DNA of 64,000 bases from Dehalococcoidia bacterium. GTDB lineage: Bacteria; Chloroflexota; Dehalococcoidia; UBA2979. Every line of letters begins with the position of its first letter. Positions within the stretch are counted from its first letter, which is position 1. The translations under genes were made by a program, and so were the position numbers. Location of the stretch: assembly GCA_965248675.1 (NCBI GenBank), contig CBDFJZ010000005.1, positions 349,855-413,854 of the forward strand, in the 5' to 3' direction. This document shows, one piece after another, positions 10,297 to 20,043 of the stretch. The notes below the pieces were generated by a model. It was not told the DNA's origin. It did no database searches and saw only the letters and a list, made by a program, of their open reading frames with translations.

Positions 10297-10502
10297 GCGC
10301 CTTCGGCGTCGCGATCAGTCGCCGCGAATCGCTCGATCATGACCAGCAGACCGAATGACGGGGCGAACAACGCGAACGCGATCAGCGACGGCAGCAGCCA
10401 GCCGCCGATGAGCAACAGGAGCCCAATCGCGAGCGAGAACGACATCCCCAGAATCGACGTGATCCTGATGATCAGGACGTAGGGGGGGATTCCATCTGGC
10501 AT
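10293..10502 (-). CDS. Small two-TM membrane protein (69 aa)
   Basis: MPDGIPPYVLIIRITSILGMSFSLAIGLLLLIGGWLLPSLIAFALFAPSFGLLVMIERF; hydrophobic, fills the gap between flanking genes. Confidence 0.6.
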   Translation of the reverse strand: MPDGIPPYVLIIRITSILGMSFSLAIGLLLLIGGWLLPSLIAFALFAPSFGLLVMIERFAATDRDAEGA

Positions 10503-13500
10503 GGGGCGTGACCGGATCCTAGCCGAGCTGCTGCTCCACGATAGCGTGGAACGGGATCTCGATCTGCAAGCGCAGATCGACGCGGCTCGCCATGCCTGGA
10601 TCATCCGTCGGGTCGTGTTCGCGACGATCGCGATCGCCGTGCTGCTGGGACTGATCGGGATCGCCGCGCCGCTGCTCGCGTGGCAGGTGGCCCTCGTGGT
10701 GGGGCTCCCGTTGACCGAAGCCGAGGTCCGCGTCGCCCGCGCCGCCACGAGCGCGCGCGTTTGATCGGCGGGTCGTTCCGTTCCGGATCGCGTTCGTCGG
10801 GGCGATCGGGCTATTGCTGCCGGCGGTCATCGGTCCGAACTGGACCGTGCCGGTCGCCCTCGTCGCCGCCAGCACCACGCAGCTCGGAGAGCGAGCGCGG
10901 ATGATGGTGCTGGCCGCGGCCAGCGTCAGCTACCTCGCGAGCACCGTGTTGCTGGAGACCGGCCTGCTCGAGCCGATTGAGCCGGCCGGGCCGTCGGGCG
11001 ACGTCTCCGGCCCGTGGGCGGTGGCGATCGCCCTCGTGGTCCTGCCCGCGGTCGCCGGCTTCGTGTCCCGCCGGACCAGCCGCGCCGACCAGGCGCGAAG
11101 CGACCTGCAACGGACGGTCACGGAGCTCCAGGACGCCCAGGCGCGGCTCAGCCGATCGGAGGCCGACGCGCAGGCGCTCAGCGAGCGCCTGGCAGCCGAG
11201 GTCGAGCACAAGACCGAAGAGCTGGCACGACGCAACCGCGCGCTCTCGATCGTCAACGCGATCTCCTTCGCCTTGAGCGAGCCGTTCGAAGATGACGCGG
11301 CGTTGCGTCGCGCCGCGCGCCTGGTCGCGCGACTGTTGGACGTCGACGCCGTCCAGATCCGCGAGCTCTCCGGCGATGAACCTGACGCAACGACGCTGCT
11401 GGTCGGTCCGACCGCGGAAAGCGCGGATCTCCCCGCGATCGGAGTCGACGTAATCGACGCGGCACTCGATCGGTTCGAGGGCGTGACGCGGTCCGCCGAG
11501 GACGACGCGGACGCCAAGCCGCCGTACGTGATCGTCCCGATGGTGACGCGAGGGACGGTGCGCGGATCGCTGACGCTGCTCGGCGAAACGTGCCGTGACT
11601 GGGGCGAGCAGGAGCTCCACCTGCTGACGATGATCGGCCGCGAGATGAGCGCCGCGCTCGAGAGCGCGCGTTTGTACCGAGAGGCGCTCGCACTCGCCGA
11701 TCGTGAGCTGCTGATTACGGAGTCGTCATCCCTCCTGGCGAACGGAGCGCCGCTCCAGCAACAGCTCGACGATCTGCTGGACCAGATCGGGCGTGGCCTC
11801 GACCCGATCCTCGCGAGCGTCGTGAGCGTGGCGACAGGTACGCGCGGCCCGGAGCTCGCCCGCTGGGGGCCGGAGGACGCCGAGTCGTTCAGCGCCCAGC
11901 AGCTCGAGGTGGTGCGGGCGCTGATCCCCGATCGACCCGATCCGGCCGGTACGCCACTGGTACTGGCGGCCGAGTACCCGGTCGAGGCGGCGCTGCATGG
12001 TCGCCTTGGCCAGGTGGTGATTGCGCCGATCCTGACGACACAGCCGGATGCGCCTCCCGCGGTCGGTGGCGAGATCGATGGCGCGACGCCAGAGGGCCCG
12101 ACCCGCGCGCCGGCGGCCGTGCTCTTGCTCGCGGCGCGGGCGGACCGCGGCTGGCGCGCGACGGATGTGGACGTGATCGTGCGGCTCGCGGCGGCGGTTG
12201 GGCGCCGCCTCGAGGGAGAGCAGCTGATCCAGCTCCAGCAACGTCGCGTCGACGAGCTCGCGGCGCTGGCCGAGATTGGTCGGGTCATCCAGACCGGCGC
12301 GGACGGCGACCGTCTCTACAGCGAGTTCGCGGTGGCGCTGCACCACCTCGTGCCGTACCAGCGCGCGTACGTGGCGCGGGCCGTCGGGGATGCGCTCAGC
12401 GAGGTGGTCGTCTTTTCGGACGAGGGGCGGGTTCGTACCACCGCGGACGTTCAGGAGCACGACGTCGCGCACGCGTGGTTCAACAGCCGCGAAGTGATCG
12501 CCTGGACCCGTGCCGCTGACACGATACCCGGATGGGTCGCTGACAACGCCGAGGCCGGCTTTACGTTCCCGATGCGTCCGAAGGGTCAGCTATTGGGTGC
12601 CGTGGTGATCGAATCGGACGAGGCGCAGCCGTTCTCGGTGCGTCTCGCCGGGCGAGCGATTGAACAACTGGCGCTCGTCCTCGACAGCGCCGAGCTGTAC
12701 CGCCAGGCGACGGATCGCGCCTCGCGGATCGAGGCGCAGCGCAACCTCGCGAAGATCGTCGCCTCGGCGGCCGATCTGGGTGGCGCGTTCGACGCGTTCG
12801 CGGAGGAGATCCGCTGGCTGATGCCGTTCGAGCGCGCCCTGATGTTGACCGTCGACGAGCCGGGGGGAACGGCGGAGCAGGTGGTGGTATACCCGCCAGT
12901 GCGCGATGCGGACTTCATCTCGGGCTCGCTGGAGGGCTCGGTGTTGTCACGTGTCCTTGCCGAAGAGGGTGCGGTGTCGCTCTCGCGGTCGGACGAGGAG
13001 TTGGCCGCTCTCGACTGGAGTCTGATCGGCGAGGATGCGGTCGAGGTCGCGACCGTCCCGATTCGCGACGGCCGGTCGACGACCGCGATCTTCGCGCTCC
13101 TCCACTCCGGCGTCGCCGACTACGAGCAGTTCGATCTGCGAATGTTGGAGGAGGTCGGTGGGTTGCTGGCCGTGACGATCGACCGGCTGCGGCTGTACGA
13201 GCGTGCGGAGCACGCCGCGAACCACGATCTGCTGACCGGCTTGCCGAACTACCGATTCCTGCAGGAGCGTCTCGCGACGCTGAAGACCGACTTCGACGGA
13301 GACCGGCGTTCGGCGGTGCTGATGATCGACATGGACGGGCTGAAGCTCTACAACGACACGCTCGGACATGACGCAGGCGACCGTGCGATCCAGCGCGTGG
13401 CGGAAGAGTTGCGCAGTGCCGTCCGCGGCGAGGATCTGGTCGCGCGCACCGGCGGCGACGAGTTCGTGGTGGTGATGGAGGACGTGTCGGAGGATGACGC

Positions 13501-14233
13501 GCTCGTGATCACGGAGCGCATGCACGATTCGCTTCGAGACATCCACCGGGAGTTCGGCGACGCGCCGGTGCCGGTCCGGATCTCGGTCGGCCTCGCGTTC
13601 GCGCCCGACGACGGGACCGGCGCCTCGGAGCTGCTCGAGGCGGCCGATCGGGCGATGTACGCGGCGAAGTTCGGCGGCGGCGATCGGACGCGCGCCGCCG
13701 GCCGCGACCCCGAGACCGGCAACACGCCACGGACCCTGCGCCGGCGCGGCAGCCGTGTCATGGAGCTGCTGATCCGGAGCGCTGTCGATGGCGCCTCGGC
13801 GGCGGAGCGCCTCGCGGTGGCGCTCGCGCAGCGGTATGTGGTGGCGGTCGCGCTAGGTCGCGGGCTCCCGGTCGACACGGCGGACCCGCTACGGATGCTG
13901 GTCGCCGGCGAGGCGGCGCATCATCTGGAGGCGCCGGCGGAATACCGCGACCAGGAGACGGCGCTGTTGCTGTTGGATGGCCTGCGCTCCCAGTTCGAAC
14001 AGCAGGTGGAGGTGGCGGAGCTCCAGCTGAACGATCTGCTGCCGGCGGTGGTGCGCCTCGCGTGGGAGCAGATCCCGCAGCAGGACGGCCCGGGCCTCAA
14101 CGCCGAACAGGCGCTGGCGGTCGTGATGAACGATCCCGCCTATCACCTTCGGCCGGAGGTGGTGGAGTTGCTGGCGCAGTCGGCGCGCACGGCCGAGTTC
14201 GAGCGCCGCCGTTCGAAGCGAGACGCGGCCTAG
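10501..14233 (+). CDS. Membrane-bound multi-GAF diguanylate cyclase; apparent frameshift near 10750
   Basis: TM helices in ORF 10501..10764 continue in the 10814 frame (FDRRVVPFRIAFVGAIGLL); several GAF repeats; HDLLTGLPN, RGED I-site, GGDEF. Confidence 0.85.
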
Positions 14234-14275
14234 CATTCGAGCCCGCGTTGACCTAGAAGCTCGCTTCGCGGATCG

Positions 14276-15493
14276 CTACGCGCTGCCCGCGGTGCGGACC
14301 TCGCGACCGCCGAGCACCACGCCGGACTCCGTGAGCGAGGCGATCTCTTCCTCGGAGAAGCCGCCCTCCCGAAGAATCTCCGCTGAGTGGTCGCCCGGCT
14401 CGATCGGGGCGTGCATCCGGACGCCGGCCGGCGTCGCCGAGAAGCCGGCGACCGGACCGTGCGTCGCGACGGAGCCCCAGACGGGGTGTTCTGTCTCGTG
14501 GACATAACCGTTGGCGATCGCCTGAGGATCGCGACGAATCGCCGCGTAGTCGTTGACGACCGTGCACGGCACGTCCGCTTCGCGCAGTCGTTCGATCCAC
14601 TCGTCCGCGTCGCGCTGGATCACCTGCGCGTCAATCCGCTCGACGAGCGGGCCGAGGTGCTGCGCGCGCTCCTCGGCACGAGCGAAGCGGGGATCGGTCG
14701 TGAGCTCGTCGAGCAGGTCGAGCCCCGCGGCGAGTTTGGGGAAGTGTCGCGCCTCGAGGAAGCCGAACGCGATCCAGCGGCCATCCAGGCAGAGCGCGCG
14801 GTGACTCAGCACGCCGGACGAGCGGCCGGGTGGGGCCATTTCGTGATCGTTCCAGTCGCGCGCGACGTGGATGCCCTGGAGCGCGATCTGCGATCCGTAG
14901 AGCGAGACCTCGACCTGTTGCCCTTCACCGGTGCGCAGCCGGTGCACGAGCGCGGCGAGCACGGCATAGGCCAGCATCGAGCCGCCGGTCTGATCGGCGA
15001 CGCCCGGCTGCGCACCGTGCGGCGTTTCGCCGTCCGAGGTGGTGAACGCCATCAGTCCGCCAGCGGCCTGCGCGATGTTGTCGTACCCGGGGTCGCGCCC
15101 GCGTGGACCCTTCGACCCGAACATGCTGCCCGACGCGAAGATCAGGCCCTCGTTGATCGCGCGCAGCCGCTCGTATCCGATCCCGAGGCGATCCATGGTC
15201 CCCGGGCGAAAGTTCTCGGCGACGATGTCCACGTGCTCGACGAGGCGCTCGACGACGCGGACGCCCTCGGGCCCGGAGAGGTCGAGGCAGAGGCTGCGCT
15301 TGTTGCGGTTCAGCGATTCGAAGTATGACGAGTAGCCGCTCAGGTGGCGGCCGAGCGAGCGGCCGGGATCGCCACCCGGCTGCTCGATCTTCCACACGTC
15401 GGCGCCGAGGTCGGCGAGCTGCACGGTGCCGAACGTGCCCTGTTGGAAGCGCGTGAAGTCTAGGATGCGGATCCCATCGAGGGGACCGGGCAT
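14276..15493 (-). CDS. Family III CoA-transferase
   Basis: PLDGIRILDF, LADLGADV.KIE, NRNKRS, ENFRPG, GYDNIAQA. Confidence 0.93.
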   Translation of the reverse strand: MPGPLDGIRILDFTRFQQGTFGTVQLADLGADVWKIEQPGGDPGRSLGRHLSGYSSYFESLNRNKRSLCLDLSGPEGVRVVERLVEHVDIVAENFRPGTMDRLGIGYERLRAINEGLIFASGSMFGSKGPRGRDPGYDNIAQAAGGLMAFTTSDGETPHGAQPGVADQTGGSMLAYAVLAALVHRLRTGEGQQVEVSLYGSQIALQGIHVARDWNDHEMAPPGRSSGVLSHRALCLDGRWIAFGFLEARHFPKLAAGLDLLDELTTDPRFARAEERAQHLGPLVERIDAQVIQRDADEWIERLREADVPCTVVNDYAAIRRDPQAIANGYVHETEHPVWGSVATHGPVAGFSATPAGVRMHAPIEPGDHSAEILREGGFSEEEIASLTESGVVLGGREVRTAGSA

Positions 15494-15593
15494 GCTTCAC
15501 CACCTTCAGATGCGGGAACGACGGCAATCGCGACGGGCGATCGCATGGTACATCGCGCCGTCGGGGGCGGCGGTGCGCCCGTCCTGCCTCGGA

Positions 15594-16532
15594 TCAGGGA
15601 GTGGAGGCTCTGCTCCGCTCGGCGGGAACGTCGGCCGCGCGGCGCCCGCCCAGCGGCGGCGGCCCCTCGGGTCGCGACTTCTCCGCCCAGACGCCGAACA
15701 GGATCGCGATCGCGACGAGATGCATCATCGTCCCGGGAACCCACATCAGCAGCGCGCCGAGCTGCTGATCGCCGGCGGGATCGAGCGCCACGATCGGTTC
15801 GACCTCGAGGTAGACGGTGTAGAGCGGATCCTCGACGAAGGTGATCGCCGCGCCGGTCACAATGCGCGCGATGATCATCGGGAGCAGGTAGACGACGCGC
15901 AGCCCGTACCCGAGACGGGAGCGCAGCGGCAGTGGGTCGATCAGCGGCCACCAGAACAACAGGGCACCGACAACGAACGAGACGTGCATCACCTGGTGTA
16001 CGAGGTCATCGCGGAGCGCCGCATCGAAGGCTCCCGGGATGAAGTGCCAGCTCCAGAGCAGCCCAACGAGCGCGCCGATGCTCACCGCCGGGTGCGTCAC
16101 GACCCCGTAGAGCCAATGCGCGCGACGGCTCGCCGCGATCGGATGGACGACGTCGCGGCGAATCCAGCGCGGCAGGCCGAGGAGGATCGGGGTGGTCGGC
16201 GCCCCGAGCAGGACGAGCGGGGTGCCAAACAGGATCAGCATCTCGTGCTGCAGGACGTGAAAGGTGAAGTGATGCTCGCCTAGCGGATCGATCGGCGACT
16301 CGAGAGCGAGCACCATGACCGCGAGGCCGAGGTAGAACAGTGCGATCTGGCCGCCGGTCTGCCTCCGGGAGCGCATCCGACGGACGCCCCGCGCGTACCA
16401 GAACCCGAATAGCGCCGCCGGGATCAAGACCGCTGGATCGGTGTTCCAGGCGGTCCAGACCGACTCGGTGACGGCTCCGTGCGCCGGGCCGGCCGCATCG
16501 AGCACAGAGACCGGGATCGCCGCCAACGCCAC
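15594..16532 (-). CDS. Cytochrome c oxidase assembly factor (caa3-type CtaG family)
   Basis: SPID..F.FHVLQH..L, WSWH.P, HQVMH, DQQLGALLMWVPG; start uncertain. Confidence 0.85.
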   Translation of the reverse strand: MALAAIPVSVLDAAGPAHGAVTESVWTAWNTDPAVLIPAALFGFWYARGVRRMRSRRQTGGQIALFYLGLAVMVLALESPIDPLGEHHFTFHVLQHEMLILFGTPLVLLGAPTTPILLGLPRWIRRDVVHPIAASRRAHWLYGVVTHPAVSIGALVGLLWSWHFIPGAFDAALRDDLVHQVMHVSFVVGALLFWWPLIDPLPLRSRLGYGLRVVYLLPMIIARIVTGAAITFVEDPLYTVYLEVEPIVALDPAGDQQLGALLMWVPGTMMHLVAIAILFGVWAEKSRPEGPPPLGGRRAADVPAERSRASTP

Positions 16533-16712
16533 CGTCTGCCCCGCCCGTCGTCGATGTGGAACGCTCCGCACGAGTTTCGCACGCATGATCCGAACGCGCT
16601 CTGGGTCAACCTCGAGCGTTCCGACAGCGGCGCAGGATCGCTCGCCCGACTCGGCGATCGCCGCGGCTTGTCCAGGTGACGTCGGTTGTCGGTGATACGG
16701 AACTGGACCGGA

Positions 16713-16789
16713 TGGTCGGGGCGCGCAGACTTGAACTGCGGACCTCTGCGTCCCAAACGCAGCGCTCTGCCAGGCTGAGCTACGCCCCG
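16713..16789 (-). tRNA. tRNA-Pro(TGG)
   Basis: Reverse complement CGGGGCGTAGCTCAGCCTGGCAGAGCG, anticodon arm CTGCG-TTTGGGA-CGCAG, ends CCCCGACCA. Confidence 0.95.
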
Positions 16790-16816
16790 ATGTGGCCGGT
16801 TCGACTGCCTCCGACG

Positions 16817-17239
16817 CTACGAGGCGTCGCGCGCGGCCGTCAACGGCTCGGAGTGTTCGAGGCCGCAATTGTCACAGCGCCAGCCTCGGAGTCCGCGCGC
16901 GAGCGCGCCGGGGCGCGGACGCTCCTCGAACGGGGTGATCGCCGCCGCGCAACGGGGGCACGTGCCGGCGGCGACGGTCTCGCGGTGCGCGTCGCGGACG
17001 GACCAGCGCCAGAGGGTGATCCCCACGGCGGCGGCGAGCATCACGCCAGCACCGGGTCCGAGGGCGTCCGGGCCAAGTAAGCGCATCAGGCGCATCCCGA
17101 ATACGAACCACACGGCGCTGGCCCCGATCAGCAGCGGCCACCAGATCAGGCGTTCCGTGAACGCTCGGACGAGCCGCTGGCGACGGGCGAGCGCGGGCGC
17201 TGCCTCGACGTTAACAGGCTTGCGGGCGCTACTCGACAC
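16817..17239 (-). CDS. Hypothetical membrane protein with C-terminal zinc ribbon
   Basis: Two TM segments, then CPRC...CDNC; overlaps the pyrD stop. Confidence 0.65.
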   Translation of the reverse strand: MSSSARKPVNVEAAPALARRQRLVRAFTERLIWWPLLIGASAVWFVFGMRLMRLLGPDALGPGAGVMLAAAVGITLWRWSVRDAHRETVAAGTCPRCAAAITPFEERPRPGALARGLRGWRCDNCGLEHSEPLTAARDAS

Positions 17240-18158
17240 GGCGTGCCGCTCCGATCAGCTCGTCGATCTGGTCGACGCCGTGTGCGTCACACCATGCCGT
17301 GAGTTCGCGCAGAATGCGCCACGGCGCCTCGGGATCGAGGAAGGTCGCGGTCCCGACCTGGACGGCGGTGGCGCCGGCCATGAGGAACTCGATTGCGTCC
17401 TCGCCGGACACGATGCCACCAGACGCGACGATCGGGATCGACGTGACCGAGGCCGACTGCCAGACGAGGCGGACCGCGATCGGGCGCATCGCCGGGCCGG
17501 ACAGCCCGCCGAAGGCATTCGCGATCGCCGGTCGCCGCTGTTCGATGTCGATCGCGAGCGCGGGGATCGTATTGGCGACCGTGACGGCTTGAGCGCCGGC
17601 GTCAGCGACTGCTTCGACGACGGGCCGGATGTCGGTGACGCTGGGCGTGAGCTTGACGATCAGCGGCAATGAGGTGTTGCGGGCCGCCTCGGTGACCACG
17701 CGCGCCGCGGTGTAGGGGTCCTGGCCGAACTCGAGGCCGCCGACCTCGACGTTTGGACAGGAGACGTTCAGCTCCAGGGCGGAGACGCCGGCCACGCCGT
17801 CGAGCCGCTTCGCCAGCACGCCGTACTCCTCGACGGTGTCGCCCATCACGTTGACGACCGCAGGCACCGCCCAGCGCGCCCAGGTCGGGGCGACGTTCCG
17901 CGTCAGCGCGCCCACGCCAATGTTCTGGAAGCCGATCGCGTTGATCATCCCCGCCGGCGTTTCGACGGTGCGAGGCGTGGCGTTACCTCGACGCGGACGG
18001 AGCGTCGTGCCCTTCGAGACGATCGCGCCAAGGGCGTCGATATCGAACTGCTTCGCGAGCTCGATGCCGTTCGAGAAGGTGCCGGAGGCCGTCATCACTG
18101 GATTGCGGAGCTGGAGCTGCAGCTTGTGGTGCGGTGCCAGGTCGACGCGGAGATCCAT
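17229..18158 (-). CDS. pyrD: Dihydroorotate dehydrogenase, class 1B catalytic subunit
   Basis: NPVMTASGT, NAIGFQN, ELNVSCPNV, GGLSGP, VQVGTA. Confidence 0.96.
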   Translation of the reverse strand: MDLRVDLAPHHKLQLQLRNPVMTASGTFSNGIELAKQFDIDALGAIVSKGTTLRPRRGNATPRTVETPAGMINAIGFQNIGVGALTRNVAPTWARWAVPAVVNVMGDTVEEYGVLAKRLDGVAGVSALELNVSCPNVEVGGLEFGQDPYTAARVVTEAARNTSLPLIVKLTPSVTDIRPVVEAVADAGAQAVTVANTIPALAIDIEQRRPAIANAFGGLSGPAMRPIAVRLVWQSASVTSIPIVASGGIVSGEDAIEFLMAGATAVQVGTATFLDPEAPWRILRELTAWCDAHGVDQIDELIGAARRVE

Positions 18159-18290
18159 GCACCCTCGTGACGTGCGTCTGGTCCTCAGCCGATGATACGC
18201 CCCGCCTCGGGGCGGACCGGATCCGCGGCCACAACGAAGCGTGGCGGCACCATCGGTGCCGCCACGCTTGTGATCGCCGATCAGGCGGGG

Positions 18291-18563
18291 CTATTCGTCG
18301 GAGAGACGGATCTCTGCCGGCTTGGAGAAGCGGGACGCAGCGCCCGTCGTTTCACGTACGTCGTTGCGCAACGTGTTCGTCTGCTCCCACATCACGCTCT
18401 CGGTGGAGTTCGAGAAGCCCTTTTCGGTGCCGCAGTGCTTGCAGACGCCCGTGCTTTCGCGACCGTTCGGAGCATCGATGATCCAGTGGTGGACACAGTT
18501 CTTCGATGCCTTGCGGGCCGCACCGCTCGGCCGCGATTGCGACTTGGCTGAGGTGCGACTCAT
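18291..18563 (-). CDS. Small putative zinc-binding protein (90 aa)
   Basis: CVHHWII...GVCKHCG..K.FSNS; AAGGA RBS; upstream promoter. Confidence 0.75.
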   Translation of the reverse strand: MSRTSAKSQSRPSGAARKASKNCVHHWIIDAPNGRESTGVCKHCGTEKGFSNSTESVMWEQTNTLRNDVRETTGAASRFSKPAEIRLSDE

Positions 18564-18721
18564 GTCGATGTCCTTCGCTGTTGGCGGCGGCCCTGGTTCC
18601 CCTGGGGGTTCTCAGGTGGGCGTGTAGTCCGCCGTCGCCTTCGTGCTTCATCTCGGTCGGCGGATTTGCCGGGGCCCGCCTGTCGACCGAAGATCGCCGA
18701 ATCCACACATTCGGCTGAACT

Positions 18722-18750
18722 ATTATTTGCACTACCTTCTCTCAAGTCAA
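18722..18750 (-). promoter_or_regulatory. Sigma70-type promoter driving the 90-aa gene (and possibly pyrD)
   Basis: TTGACT-N17-AATAAT on the minus strand, with an AT-rich A7-containing tract upstream. Confidence 0.7.
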
Positions 18751-19005
18751 GGTTTTAGTGCAAAAAAACTGCTAAACGTTTGTTAATCGGTTCCGCCTCG
18801 GCCAGACGGCCCGTATACTTCGCTTATCGGCAGAAGCGTCGGCCGCGCGTAGCGGTTCCGACAGGCGATTCACGGACGCGAACTACGTCAATCCCCAATA
18901 ATCGCAACGACCGATACACACACAACGTTCGGCGGCGCTCCAAGGTTCCCAGCCGGCTGTCAGCTCGAACCACACTCGTGATGCGCGCCCGGCGAAGGAG
19001 TACAG

Positions 19006-20043
19006 GTGGCTGATCAGCAGGCCGTCCTCGACGCGCTGCGGACCGTGAACGATCCCGAGCTGCACCGTGACATCGTCTCGCTCAACATGGTCCGCGATCT
19101 CAAGATCGAGGGCGGCACGGTGTCGTTCGAGCTCGTTCTGACGACGCCAGCGTGTCCGCTCAAGGAGACCATCGACCAGGACGTGCGCGCCGCACTCGCG
19201 CCGATCGATGGGATCGAGGCGATCGACATCGATTGGGGCGCCGAAGTGCGGAGCGCGCTCGGCCGCGACGGCGGGCCCGCGCCAATCGAGGGCGTCAAGA
19301 ACGTGATCGCGGTCGCCTCGAACAAGGGAGGCGTCGGCAAGTCGACGGTTTCGACCAACCTCGCCGTCGCCCTCGCGAGGCTCGGGGCGAAGGTCGGGCT
19401 CCTCGATGCCGACATAACGGGACCGAACATCCCGACGATGCTGGGCATCGAGGGCGGCATCCAGTCCGAGGGGGAGCAGGGGCTCCACGCGCTCGAGGCT
19501 TACGGCCTCAAGGCCGTGTCGATCGGTTTCGTACTCCCGAAGGGTTCGCCGGTGGTCTGGCGCGGCCCGATGATCGGCTCTGGCGTGCGTCAGCTCATGC
19601 GCGACGTCGACTGGGGTGAGCTCGACTACCTGATCATCGATCTACCACCCGGCACCTCGGACGCCTCGATGACGATGGCCCAGGACGCGCTGATCGCGGG
19701 TGTCGTGATCGTCTCGACCCCGCAGCAGGTCGCGCTTGAGGACGCCCGCAAGGCGGTCGGGATGTTCGACCGTCTCGGCGTGCCGGTCTTCGGCATCGTC
19801 GAGAACATGTCTGGCGACATCTTTGGTCACGGCGGTGCGCAGACGGCCGCTGATGAGCTCGGCATCGAGTTCCTTGGCGAGCTTCCCCTCGATGCCGCGA
19901 TCCGCGAGGGTGGGGACGCGGGCAAGCCCGTCGTCGCCTCCGCTCCCGATTCCGAGGTCGGCCGTTCGTTCATCGAGCTCGCCGAGCAGGTCGCGGCGCG
20001 TTGTTCCGTTCTTCAATTCGCAGGTGAGGCGGCAGTCGCGTGA
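19006..20043 (+). CDS. Mrp/ApbC family ATPase with N-terminal DUF59 domain
   Basis: DPEL..DIVSL, LTTPACP, SNKGGVGKST, DADITGP, WRGPM, DLPPGT, VENMS. Confidence 0.93.
   Translation: MADQQAVLDALRTVNDPELHRDIVSLNMVRDLKIEGGTVSFELVLTTPACPLKETIDQDVRAALAPIDGIEAIDIDWGAEVRSALGRDGGPAPIEGVKNVIAVASNKGGVGKSTVSTNLAVALARLGAKVGLLDADITGPNIPTMLGIEGGIQSEGEQGLHALEAYGLKAVSIGFVLPKGSPVVWRGPMIGSGVRQLMRDVDWGELDYLIIDLPPGTSDASMTMAQDALIAGVVIVSTPQQVALEDARKAVGMFDRLGVPVFGIVENMSGDIFGHGGAQTAADELGIEFLGELPLDAAIREGGDAGKPVVASAPDSEVGRSFIELAEQVAARCSVLQFAGEAAVA

Noticed and set aside
18600-18690. c-di-GMP-I riboswitch (GGCAAA followed by a stem on the minus strand)
   Set aside because: The GNRA loop/receptor and GACGCAAAG elements are not evident; kept only as an unassigned structured leader
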